Shown: one piece after another, positions 1-9,312 of the stretch
How the letters are laid out: every line of letters starts with the position of its first letter
Numbering within the stretch: position 1 is the first letter of the stretch
Assembly (NCBI GenBank): GCA_905235045.1
Contig: CAJOJO010000009.1
Span: 4,241 to 68,240, forward strand
Source of the DNA: an uncultured Bacilli bacterium
GTDB taxonomy: Bacteria > Bacillota_I > Bacilli_A > RF39 > UBA660
Reading direction: 5' to 3'
DNA length: 64,000 bases
Made by a program: the position numbers and the translations under genes
Notes under the pieces: generated by a model
The model's input: the letters and a program-made list of their open reading frames with translations, nothing else
Told to the model about the DNA's origin: nothing
Database searches by the model: none

Positions 1-110
<110 letters not shown>

Positions 111-298
111 CTAACAAAAAAGGGAGTCAAAGATACTAGTCATAAACTACTACCCTTGACTCCTTAATAACTAAAATAATAAATTGTTTTTTGCTTCTGA
201 CCATAGATGTACCTCTCTTTCTAATAAAAGACGGATACTGCTTGTCATTTATTGGTTTAATATTCTAGCACTTTTAAATAATTTGTCAATATGTGTAG

Positions 299-586
299 TT
301 ATTTGATTGTTCTTAAGAAATTTTCCAAGTCTTTCAATTCAATTGGATTATTGAGATTAAAATGATAAACCTCTTTACCATAATTGAAGAATAGGAAGAC
401 ATGATTATTTACTATCATACGATGAGGTTCTACATAATTAAGATTAGTTCTTTGAATGTTTATTAAGTTTCCATGTATGTATTTAGGTTTAACATTTACA
501 TACTTACAAATAAAATCTAATCTATTTTTGATTCCTTCATCATAATCAAGCTTATGTTTTTTAATTTGTAACATATAAAAAATCAA
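299..586 (-). CDS. Hypothetical protein (95 aa)
   Basis: ORF with no recognisable motifs. Lies between the recombinase fragment and tRNA-Trp. Followed by a hairpin terminator (atcaactacctttctggcggttgat). Confidence 0.3.
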   Translation of the reverse strand: MIFYMLQIKKHKLDYDEGIKNRLDFICKYVNVKPKYIHGNLINIQRTNLNYVEPHRMIVNNHVFLFFNYGKEVYHFNLNNPIELKDLENFLRTIK

Positions 587-659
587 CTACCTTTCTGGCG
601 GTTGATTTTTCTATGTATTTAAAGCTCTAAACTCTAAAAGTTAGAGCATCAAGTACTAA

Positions 660-735
660 TGGCAGGGGTAGCAGGAGTTGAACCCACATCAGCGGTTTTG
701 GAGACCGTTATTCTACCATTGAACTATACCCCTGT
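660..735 (-). tRNA. trnW: tRNA-Trp (anticodon CCA)
   Basis: Reverse complement AGGGGTATAGTTCAATGGTAGAATAACGGTCTCCAAAACCGCTGATGTGGGTTCAACTCCTGCTACCCCTGCCA. Cloverleaf with 7-bp acceptor AGGGGTA/TACCCCT, anticodon loop CTCCAAA, T-loop GGTTCAACTCC, encoded CCA. Confidence 0.85.
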
Positions 736-862
736 AAAAATACAAATATATTATAACAAACTTTTTCTTTAATAGCAATTATTATTTGCATAATAAATAA
801 AAGTTGACATAAGATAATATTAGTGGTAAAATCAATATGTTTTCGTCATAAAAATAACAGAG

Positions 863-1474
863 GTGAATATTGTGAAAACAGATCAGCAGACCAAAATCAA
901 ATATCTTGTGATTGGTCTAATGAGTATTATAGGACTTCTTGTTTGTACAAAAGCATTAAGTAACAATAAGGAACTAAAAAGTGAAATTGATACTGCATCT
1001 AATGAAACTGCAAACGTAGTAACTGCAGAAGAGACAAAGAACGAAAACACTCCAGAAATAGTATATGATGGTTTAACATTAGATGAATTAGCTGATAAAC
1101 TTAACCGATCACTTAATTCTGATTTATCAGGTTATGGTTATCAATTTGCTAGTAAATCAATTGAACTTGGTTTAGATCCATATTTAGCTGTTGCAATTGC
1201 TTTACACGAAACAGGTTGTTCATGGGAATGTAGTGGTCTTGTTAAAGCTTGCTATAATGTAGGTGGTCAAAAAGGTGCACCAGGATGTGGTAATAGTTCT
1301 TACCAAGCATTTGGTAGTATGGAAGAAGGTATAAATGCTTACCTTGAAAACCTATATTATAATTATGTAGCACAAGGTTTAACAACGCCAGAACAAATTA
1401 ATACCCGCTATGCTTCTAGTCAAGCATGGGCTGGAAAGATATATTATTATATCGATAAAATAAGAGCTACTTAA
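863..1474 (+). CDS. Membrane-anchored peptidoglycan hydrolase, glucosaminidase (GH73/FlgJ-like) domain
   Basis: GTG start after aGAGGtg RBS. N-terminal TM helix. C-terminal domain with LAVAIALHETG ... YASSQAWAGKI, matching the Glucosaminidase-domain E-TG and YATxxxWAxKI blocks. Confidence 0.55.
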   Translation: MNIVKTDQQTKIKYLVIGLMSIIGLLVCTKALSNNKELKSEIDTASNETANVVTAEETKNENTPEIVYDGLTLDELADKLNRSLNSDLSGYGYQFASKSIELGLDPYLAVAIALHETGCSWECSGLVKACYNVGGQKGAPGCGNSSYQAFGSMEEGINAYLENLYYNYVAQGLTTPEQINTRYASSQAWAGKIYYYIDKIRAT

Positions 1475-1570
1475 GCTCTTTTTTATTATCTTAACATATA
1501 AACTTAAAATTTTTATTACAATATAGTATATAAATATGCTATAATAATATTAGAATTAGGAGGTGCTTGT

Positions 1571-1951
1571 ATGAATCAAGAACAAAATTTAAAAAGTTTT
1601 ATTGAAAAGGCAAAATACATATTTTCTTATGAAAATAGTAGTAGTACTAATATTGAATTATTTATTATTACTAATGAAATAATATACTTAAAAAATAATA
1701 ATGAGGAAAGCTTAAAAGAAAGTTCTGAACTAGCCAAGAAAGTTTGGGAATATATTAACTTACATATGGGAACAATTGAGAATATATCAATAAAAGATGG
1801 AAGTTTACCACATATAAAGGATAGTACCCACCATGAAATAAGAATCACTGTTAATCAAAAACAATATCTTATTACTAGAAAAACAAATGATGAAATAGTT
1901 AATAGTTTTTTTGATAAGTTTATAGACGAAATTAAAAAAATAATAAATTAA
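1571..1951 (+). CDS. Hypothetical protein (126 aa)
   Basis: Strong RBS AGGAGGTG 6 nt from ATG. The 25-nt initiation region taggaggtgcttgtatgaatcaaga is identical to that of the DinD-like gene at 35947. Confidence 0.4.
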   Translation: MNQEQNLKSFIEKAKYIFSYENSSSTNIELFIITNEIIYLKNNNEESLKESSELAKKVWEYINLHMGTIENISIKDGSLPHIKDSTHHEIRITVNQKQYLITRKTNDEIVNSFFDKFIDEIKKIIN

Positions 1952-2021
1952 CGGGGCTTCATAAGCTCTTTTTTATTTTTTTCTAAACACCTTTTAAATA
2001 CTATTTCATACACTAATATAG

Positions 2022-3212
2022 GTGATTATAATGAATTATAAGATAATTATTGATCCAGGTCATGGTGGTAGTGATGCTGGAGCAAGTGGCAATGGAATAA
2101 TTGAAAAGGATTTAACTTTAGCAATATCAAAATATATGTATGATGCCTTTAAAAAAATGAATATTCCCGTTTCTATAACAAGAGATAGCGATATTACTTT
2201 AAACCCTACAGAACGAGTTAACAAAATACTAAATACTTATGGTAATAATCCTAACGTTATTGTTATATCTAATCACATAAATGCCGGAGGTGGCGATGGT
2301 GCAGAAGTAATCTATGCTCTACGTAACACTGATAAATTAGCCAATTTAATCTTAAATAGTTTAGAAGCAGCTGGTCAAAATGTAAGAAAAGCATATCAAA
2401 AAAGGCTACCATCTAACACTGATAAAGATTACTACTTTATTCATCGTGAAACCGGAAAAACAGAACCAATTATTGTGGAATATGGATTTTTAGATAGTAA
2501 AGCTGATGACGTTAATCAACTTAAAAACAATTATCAAAAATATGCTCAAGCTGTTGCTGATGCTGTAGCAGAATATATTGGAATTCAAGTAAATGATATG
2601 TACTATACCGTTCAAAAAGGTGATTCTTTATATAGCATCGCCAAAAAATTTAATACTACTGTAGATGCTTTAAAAGATGCCAACAACTTAACAAATAATA
2701 ATTTAGCAATTGGGCAAATCCTAATTATACCATCTAAAGAAGTAGAAAATAATGGTAACTATATTGTTGTAGCAGGAGATACATTATATAAAATCGCTAA
2801 TAAATTTAACACTACAGTTGATGCTATAAAAGCATTAAATAACTTATCAAATAATACTTTATCAATTGGTCAATCACTTAAAATACCAACACAAGAAAAT
2901 GCTAATGACAACTACCAAACTTATACTGTAGTAAAAGGTGATAACTTATATAGTATTGCTAAAAAATTTAACACAACTCAAGACGCAATTATGAAATTAA
3001 ATAATTTATCTAGTAATTTACTTTCAATTGGTCAAACACTTAAAATACCAACAAACGATAATAGTTCTACTAACTACCAAACTTATATAGTTCAAAAAGG
3101 TGACTCTTTATGGAGTATTGCTAAAAAATTTAGTACTACAGTTGATAATATTAAAAAACTAAATAATCTATCTAGCAACCTATTATCAATTGGTCAAACA
3201 TTAAAAATATAA
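2022..3212 (+). CDS. N-acetylmuramoyl-L-alanine amidase (Amidase_3) with four C-terminal LysM repeats
   Basis: IIDPGHGGSDAGA ... NHINAGGG ... EYGF motifs of Amidase_3. Then 4 repeats of YxVxKGDSLxSIAKKFNTTVDxIKxLNNLSSNxLSIGQxLKIP (LysM). Confidence 0.8.
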   Translation: MIIMNYKIIIDPGHGGSDAGASGNGIIEKDLTLAISKYMYDAFKKMNIPVSITRDSDITLNPTERVNKILNTYGNNPNVIVISNHINAGGGDGAEVIYALRNTDKLANLILNSLEAAGQNVRKAYQKRLPSNTDKDYYFIHRETGKTEPIIVEYGFLDSKADDVNQLKNNYQKYAQAVADAVAEYIGIQVNDMYYTVQKGDSLYSIAKKFNTTVDALKDANNLTNNNLAIGQILIIPSKEVENNGNYIVVAGDTLYKIANKFNTTVDAIKALNNLSNNTLSIGQSLKIPTQENANDNYQTYTVVKGDNLYSIAKKFNTTQDAIMKLNNLSSNLLSIGQTLKIPTNDNSSTNYQTYIVQKGDSLWSIAKKFSTTVDNIKKLNNLSSNLLSIGQTLKI

Positions 3213-3232
3213 GAGAACAAATTGTTCTCTTT

Positions 3233-3661
3233 TTAATATAATTCAGGACAAACACCACTATCTGGTTTGTAAAAACAATGATTTTTATACCTTCCCGCTA
3301 ACGCTTGATCCCACCATTCGTTAGAACAACTAACCCCTGTTTTAGGAGCATAAAACCATAAAGCATCAGTTGCTGGGTAATAATATTCTCCCTCTAAAAC
3401 ACGATCAGCTAAATTTCTTTCAGTTGTAGTTGGATTACTAAAAAACAAAGCACTATCTTTACCTGAGAAACCACCAGGTGACTGATAAATCATATCTGTA
3501 ATACTTCTAATATTTTTAAAAGTTAAACAATTAGCAAGTACCCTATTAACTCCGACATTACCAACCATCAACATTCCTAAATTACCTTCACCTAATGCTT
3601 CAGCCCTCATTAATCTAGCCAGTAAATCACGTTCACTAGACGTATATTTAATTAATCCCAT
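3233..3661 (-). CDS. cwlJ: Spore cortex-lytic enzyme CwlJ/SleB family (Hydrolase_2)
   Basis: 142 aa, the same length as B. subtilis CwlJ. ARLMRAEALGEGNLGMLMVGNVGVNRVLANC ... MIYQ ... HCFYKP is collinear with CwlJ (ARLLRAEAEGEG..GMLLVGNVGINRLRANC). Confidence 0.8.
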   Translation of the reverse strand: MGLIKYTSSERDLLARLMRAEALGEGNLGMLMVGNVGVNRVLANCLTFKNIRSITDMIYQSPGGFSGKDSALFFSNPTTTERNLADRVLEGEYYYPATDALWFYAPKTGVSCSNEWWDQALAGRYKNHCFYKPDSGVCPELY

Positions 3662-3707
3662 AATATCACCATTATATTATATGAAAAAGAATGCATAATG
3701 CATTCTT

Positions 3708-6700
3708 TTATAACTCAACTAATTTATTATCAATAATTGAATATAAATATGTTTTAGTCTTTTTATTAGTTATTGACTCAATATATTTTTTATAACCATC
3801 TAGTTGCTTAAGATAAGCATCATCTTGAATATTTTTTAATTTATAATCAACTATTTTATACTCATTATCATATTCTAATAGTAAATCTATAAAGCCATGA
3901 TTACCATTTTGATCAATAAACTCATATTCTTTATAAATATTTTTAACTTCCCTAAATATATCATTATTTAATAATCTTTGAACTTTTTCTTTTTCATGAT
4001 TATTTAATAAACTATAATCAGGATTATTAAAATCAATATTTTCAAAAACACTGTGAATATGCTTACCATATTCAATATTATCATATTCTTCTTTAGAATA
4101 TAATTTATGAGCATCTTTTGAAAATCTTTCAACATTAATAACACTAGAAACTATATTTATTGGTTTTACATCTATTACTTCCTCATTTGCTTTTATTTTC
4201 GACGCATAATTACTTTTTTTAATCTTATCATAATCATGAGTATAAATACTATTATCAGCCGGCTTTATATAATGACTCAATTTGTCATACACTGAATAAA
4301 GCATATCGCTAAATGATCTATAACTAGCTCTAACATTATCATTAAGTGGTATACTCTTTGCCTCTTTTGAAGGCAAAACCATAACAACCTTTTCTTTAGC
4401 TCTAGTTAAAGCAACATAAAATAAACGAGTCTTTTCTGATACTTCCTCCTTAATATATTTTTCTTTTAGTAATATCTTATAAAAAGTATCTTTAAAACCA
4501 TTATTAACACTTGGTAAAACAATACCGTATTTATTATCAAAAACAATACGATTTTTTATATCATCCAAAGTAAACTGCTTTGTTAAACCACCATAATAAC
4601 AAATAGGATACTCTAAACCTTTTGATTTATGAATAGTCATTATTTTAACACTATTACTTTCACCTTTTAAATTATTAAAGCGAATTTCAATATCATCACT
4701 ATCAATTACTTCCTTTAAATAATTATAGTAATCCGTTAAATCATATCCAATATCTGTTAAATTACGCGATAAATCAAGTAAATATTCTAACACTGCTAAA
4801 CGATTTTCAATATTACCAACCGTTATTATTTTTTCATAAAAATTAAATTTATCAATAATATAGCTTGTTATTTCGTATGGTGTATATAGAAAAGTATCAA
4901 CTAAATAATTATCTAAATAAGAATAATCATTATTCATTAAAGAAGCAAAAATATAATTATCATCCATATTAAATAGATAACTTCTTAATATTGATGTAAA
5001 AGCATATCTTTTTTCTAATTCATCATCAGTAGTTAAAAAACCAATAATATTTTTAAGCAAACTAATTTCAATACTATTAGTTATTTTTTGATCTTCATAA
5101 AGAGTAACCGGTATTTGCATATATTCAAATATTTTTTTATACAAATCAAAATCAGTAGAACGATCAAGCAAAATAGAAATATCACTATAATTTATTGGTC
5201 GCATTTGCTTTATTTCTTTATCATAAATCATTTCGTCTTTAATTTTATTTTTTATGTCATTAGCAATTAAAAATATTTCTTGTTCATTACTATCATACTC
5301 ATCATTTTCTTCATACATAATAATTTCCATATTAGAATCTTTTTTACTTATAAATTTCTTAAAAATATTACTACCAAACAATAATTGATGACTTTTAGTA
5401 TAATTAGCCCCACCTATTCTATCAGTCATAATATCATTAAAAATCATATTTATATTATTTAATACTTCTTCACGAGAACGGAAATTTTTATTTAGATCAA
5501 TTTTCATAGTATATTTATCATTACCATAAGTATCATATTTTTTCTTAAATAAATCCGGATTCGCATTTCGAAAACGATATATTGATTGTTTTATATCGCC
5601 AACCATATAAACATTATTATTTTCTATTTCTTTAATAAATTCTTCTTGTAAATCACTTGTATCTTGATATTCATCAATAAGAATCTCATTATATTTAAGT
5701 TCTTCTTTAATCTCTGGGTGTTCTCTTACTAACTTAATTGCCATTTTAGCAACATCGGAAAATTCGTAAAAATTATGTTCTTTTTTATATTCATCTAATT
5801 TATTTTCAAAAATAGTTAATATTTTGATAATTGCCATCGCATTATCTTTTGTTGTAAAAATTTCTTCTTTTAATATATCAATATTTTGATTATTACCTAA
5901 GGCAATTATATTATCGATTTGTTTTTTTATACTTTTACGCATTTCTTTAATAATAGGATCACTATTTCTTGGTGAAGATGGCAGCTTAATTTCTTCATTA
6001 GAATATTCTCTATCTAATATTGGTTTTATCGCGATACTCATTTTTTCATAAAATTCACTACTAGCGTATTTTTTTAATTCTTTTAAATAATCTTCTAGGT
6101 TATCTATTTTTTCGTTTATTAAATTCAAATATTCTAAAATATTTTGATTTACTTTTTCATAACTATAAAATTCGTTAATATAACTATTTAAATAAGCATT
6201 TTTGTCATACATTAAATCAAGCTTTTCACTAATTTTTAAAAGCCATTTTTTTATTTCTTTATCATCCTTAGTACTAAAATCAGCAATAAATTTTTTGAAT
6301 AATTCATCACTATATAAATTTTCAAAGACATCATCCATTATTTGTTTTTTTCTAATTTTGATAATACTTTCTTCACAAATATTAATATCTTTATCAACAT
6401 TTAATAAATGACTATATTTTTTTACTAGACTAAGAGCATAAGCATCAAAAGTTGTAATACTTGCCGTATCAATCATATCCAAGGCTTCTTGCATATTATT
6501 TTCAACTAATTTTTCTCTAATACGTTCACGCATTTCTCTAGCAGCAGCATTAGTAAATGTTAAAACTAATAATTCATTTAAAGAAACTTTATCCATAATT
6601 TTACGAATAACTCTTTCTGTTAAAACCGCTGTTTTACCACTACCAGCACCAGCACTAACAATGATACTTTTATTATCTTCATTAATAGCAAGTAACTGTT

Positions 6701-6719
6701 CTTCTGTCCAATCTGGCAT
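3708..6719 (-). CDS. addA: ATP-dependent helicase/nuclease subunit A (AddA/UvrD-like)
   Basis: N-terminus EEQLLAI ... SAGAGSGKTAVLTER (Walker A, UvrD family). 1003 aa. Immediately downstream of the addB-like gene on the same strand. Confidence 0.75.
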   Translation of the reverse strand: MPDWTEEQLLAINEDNKSIIVSAGAGSGKTAVLTERVIRKIMDKVSLNELLVLTFTNAAAREMRERIREKLVENNMQEALDMIDTASITTFDAYALSLVKKYSHLLNVDKDINICEESIIKIRKKQIMDDVFENLYSDELFKKFIADFSTKDDKEIKKWLLKISEKLDLMYDKNAYLNSYINEFYSYEKVNQNILEYLNLINEKIDNLEDYLKELKKYASSEFYEKMSIAIKPILDREYSNEEIKLPSSPRNSDPIIKEMRKSIKKQIDNIIALGNNQNIDILKEEIFTTKDNAMAIIKILTIFENKLDEYKKEHNFYEFSDVAKMAIKLVREHPEIKEELKYNEILIDEYQDTSDLQEEFIKEIENNNVYMVGDIKQSIYRFRNANPDLFKKKYDTYGNDKYTMKIDLNKNFRSREEVLNNINMIFNDIMTDRIGGANYTKSHQLLFGSNIFKKFISKKDSNMEIIMYEENDEYDSNEQEIFLIANDIKNKIKDEMIYDKEIKQMRPINYSDISILLDRSTDFDLYKKIFEYMQIPVTLYEDQKITNSIEISLLKNIIGFLTTDDELEKRYAFTSILRSYLFNMDDNYIFASLMNNDYSYLDNYLVDTFLYTPYEITSYIIDKFNFYEKIITVGNIENRLAVLEYLLDLSRNLTDIGYDLTDYYNYLKEVIDSDDIEIRFNNLKGESNSVKIMTIHKSKGLEYPICYYGGLTKQFTLDDIKNRIVFDNKYGIVLPSVNNGFKDTFYKILLKEKYIKEEVSEKTRLFYVALTRAKEKVVMVLPSKEAKSIPLNDNVRASYRSFSDMLYSVYDKLSHYIKPADNSIYTHDYDKIKKSNYASKIKANEEVIDVKPINIVSSVINVERFSKDAHKLYSKEEYDNIEYGKHIHSVFENIDFNNPDYSLLNNHEKEKVQRLLNNDIFREVKNIYKEYEFIDQNGNHGFIDLLLEYDNEYKIVDYKLKNIQDDAYLKQLDGYKKYIESITNKKTKTYLYSIIDNKLVEL

Positions 6720-6729
6720 AAAATCACCT

Positions 6730-8931
6730 CTAATCTAGTCTTTTAATATCTTCTCCCTTACGAAAGCATAAATCTTGATATTTACAATACTCACAACCTA
6801 CTAATTTTCCATCAACATATTTTGGCTCTACTTTAAAGTTAGTATCCAAAATATTATCAATTGCTTCATTTATTTTATTTTCAGTCATATCAATTAAAGC
6901 ATTAATTTCATCATTATTTAGCACCTTTGCGTAACGATAATAACTACCATCATTATTTAAATGCATACTTTTTATCATTTTACTTTCCATGTAGTTTTTA
7001 TCAAATAATTTTAAAATGTCTTCATTAGCATTAGAATAACCTTCTAAATAGTATTTTTTTTCTAATGCTTCTTCATAATTATCTACTTCTTTATCTTTAT
7101 TTGGAAGAATATGCTGTAAATAAAAACCAGCAAATTCAACATCTTGTAAATCAGAATGTTTAACTAAATATAAATAAATTGGTAATTGCATTCCTAATCC
7201 ATCTTTAACGTGGTTTATATCGATATTAGTATTACCTGTTTTATAATCAATTATTGCTACATAAGTTTTATTATTAATTTTACGATATTTTATTTTATCA
7301 ACTACACCTTTAAACGTTATTTTAATTTCTCTACTTTTATTAATTTCAATCTTTTTTTCATATAATTCATCATCAAAAGTAGAATATGTATCAAATTGTT
7401 TTACAACTTCAATCGCATATAATAAATTTTCTTTTAGTTGATCTAAAAAGAACTTTTCTTTAATACTTAATTCACGTTTTTGAATAAATTTAGAAAACTC
7501 ATTTTCAAAATTAAAATTATCTTTTTTACAAATTGATAAAATATAATGAAATACCGTTCCAATGTAAGCCGTAAATGTATCTTCATATTTATCTAATTTT
7601 AAAATATCTGTTATGTAAAAACTAAAAGGACACTTATAATAACGATCTATATTTGTATATGATAATTTTAATTCTTTTACTTTTTTCTTAAATAATTCTT
7701 TATCAATTCCCGTATATTGATTATTATAATTTAAATAATCAATATTTTTATAATTATTAAATAATAGACTTAAGTCATTAGATTCTTCATTATATTTAAT
7801 AAAATTGTCTAATTTTTCACTTAATAATAATTTATTATAAATGTCTGAATTATAATTTGTTTTATTTACTTTTTCTATCGCAATATTATATTCGTTAATT
7901 AAACTAGATGGGAATTTATCATCAACATTATAGGTTATTGTAACATTTTCATAAGATAAATTATTGATTATTCTTTTTTTCAAATCTTTATTTTTTTCGT
8001 TTGATGTTAAAATACCTAATGATTCTTTTTTCGCATCACTTAAAAAATCAATATCAGTATATAATTTTGGAATACTGCCTTCATTAAATCCTAATACAAA
8101 ATAATACCCCTCTTCATTTATATCTTCAATATCTTTAATATTAACTGCATTATCTAATTTTTGAATTGGTATATATGTATGTCTTAATTCATAATCAATA
8201 CATTTTATAAATGTATCATCAATATCTAATGTAATATACTTATTTACAATCTTGACAATTAATTCACTAATTTCATCATCACCAAGAATAATTTCTTTTT
8301 TTTCTTTTAAATTTTTTAAGAATTCTTTAACTATTTTTGTACCATAAATACTCTTTTGATTATTTAAATTAATTGGTAATTTATAAAAATTGCATTGTCT
8401 TTTCAATATCTCTACATATTCACTACCTACATTTACTAAAAATATATTATTAATATCAACTGTTTTTAAAAGATCATATATTTTATCAATAACAAAATTA
8501 ACCTCAGCTAGTTTATTTTGACATTCATAAGCCTTCTTTACACTACTTTTTAACGCTGAATCAATAAAAAGATAATCATATTTTTTTATTTCATCCATTA
8601 AATATTTATCAATTAAAGTATATCCAACGATAACAATTCGCTTAATTAAAATATTTTCTTTAATAATTAAATTATTTTCCTCTAATTCTTGTTTTAACTG
8701 TGGCAAAAAATAGTAATTGTCTAAATATGTTTTAGCAGTATCATAACTATAACTATTTTTTTTCATTAAATAGTAAATAGCTAAATTATTATATGTCCCA
8801 AAATAAGCTTTTTTAAATTCATCTAAAGTAAAAAACTTAAGATTTAAAATTTCTTTATTTTTTGTTAAATCATTTAGTATTTTTTCTTTAATACCGTTAG
8901 GGCATATAATTGTGTCATAGTTTTTGAACAT
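6730..8931 (-). CDS. addB: Helicase-nuclease subunit B (AddB-like, reduced size, Fe-S/PD-(D/E)XK nuclease C-terminus)
   Basis: 733 aa. C-terminal cysteines (YKCPFSFY ... GCEYCKYQDLC) typical of the AddB Fe-S nuclease domain. addB-addA operon order. Confidence 0.65.
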   Translation of the reverse strand: MFKNYDTIICPNGIKEKILNDLTKNKEILNLKFFTLDEFKKAYFGTYNNLAIYYLMKKNSYSYDTAKTYLDNYYFLPQLKQELEENNLIIKENILIKRIVIVGYTLIDKYLMDEIKKYDYLFIDSALKSSVKKAYECQNKLAEVNFVIDKIYDLLKTVDINNIFLVNVGSEYVEILKRQCNFYKLPINLNNQKSIYGTKIVKEFLKNLKEKKEIILGDDEISELIVKIVNKYITLDIDDTFIKCIDYELRHTYIPIQKLDNAVNIKDIEDINEEGYYFVLGFNEGSIPKLYTDIDFLSDAKKESLGILTSNEKNKDLKKRIINNLSYENVTITYNVDDKFPSSLINEYNIAIEKVNKTNYNSDIYNKLLLSEKLDNFIKYNEESNDLSLLFNNYKNIDYLNYNNQYTGIDKELFKKKVKELKLSYTNIDRYYKCPFSFYITDILKLDKYEDTFTAYIGTVFHYILSICKKDNFNFENEFSKFIQKRELSIKEKFFLDQLKENLLYAIEVVKQFDTYSTFDDELYEKKIEINKSREIKITFKGVVDKIKYRKINNKTYVAIIDYKTGNTNIDINHVKDGLGMQLPIYLYLVKHSDLQDVEFAGFYLQHILPNKDKEVDNYEEALEKKYYLEGYSNANEDILKLFDKNYMESKMIKSMHLNNDGSYYRYAKVLNNDEINALIDMTENKINEAIDNILDTNFKVEPKYVDGKLVGCEYCKYQDLCFRKGEDIKRLD

Positions 8932-8939
8932 GTTATCAC

Positions 8940-9194
8940 CTACTTATTTGTATTCATATAATAATTTGTTTCTGCAATTTCCAAAGAAATTTTCTCTAAT
9001 TCATCGCTTTCTTCTTCATTAAGATATTCATCAATGTAATATAAAAGTTCGTTCATTGAAGCACATTTTTTATATTCGATATTATATCGTTCTAAAATCT
9101 CTATTTGATTTTGTGTTAGTAAAAGATTATTTATTTTTTGATGCATATTTTTTTCAAAATTAATTTCATTTATAATTTCATCAAGATTATCCAT
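8940..9194 (-). CDS. Hypothetical small acidic protein (84 aa)
   Basis: ORF upstream of addB. No motifs. Confidence 0.3.
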   Translation of the reverse strand: MDNLDEIINEINFEKNMHQKINNLLLTQNQIEILERYNIEYKKCASMNELLYYIDEYLNEEESDELEKISLEIAETNYYMNTNK

Positions 9195-9312
9195 AATATC
9201 ACCTAACTAAATTATATCAAAAAAAAGACTAATTTGTCTTTTTAATTAATGATTTTTTTAATAAATAGATTTTAACTAATTGATTAATCATCCAATAATC
9301 TGTTAATAATTA

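Noticed and set aside
1627-1848. 73-aa minus-strand ORF
   Set aside because: Antisense to the better-supported 1571-1951 ORF, which has a strong RBS.
5088-6411. Plus-strand 60-aa and 69-aa ORFs antisense to addA
   Set aside because: Low-complexity, Ile/Phe/Lys-rich translations typical of AT-rich antisense frames. No RBS.
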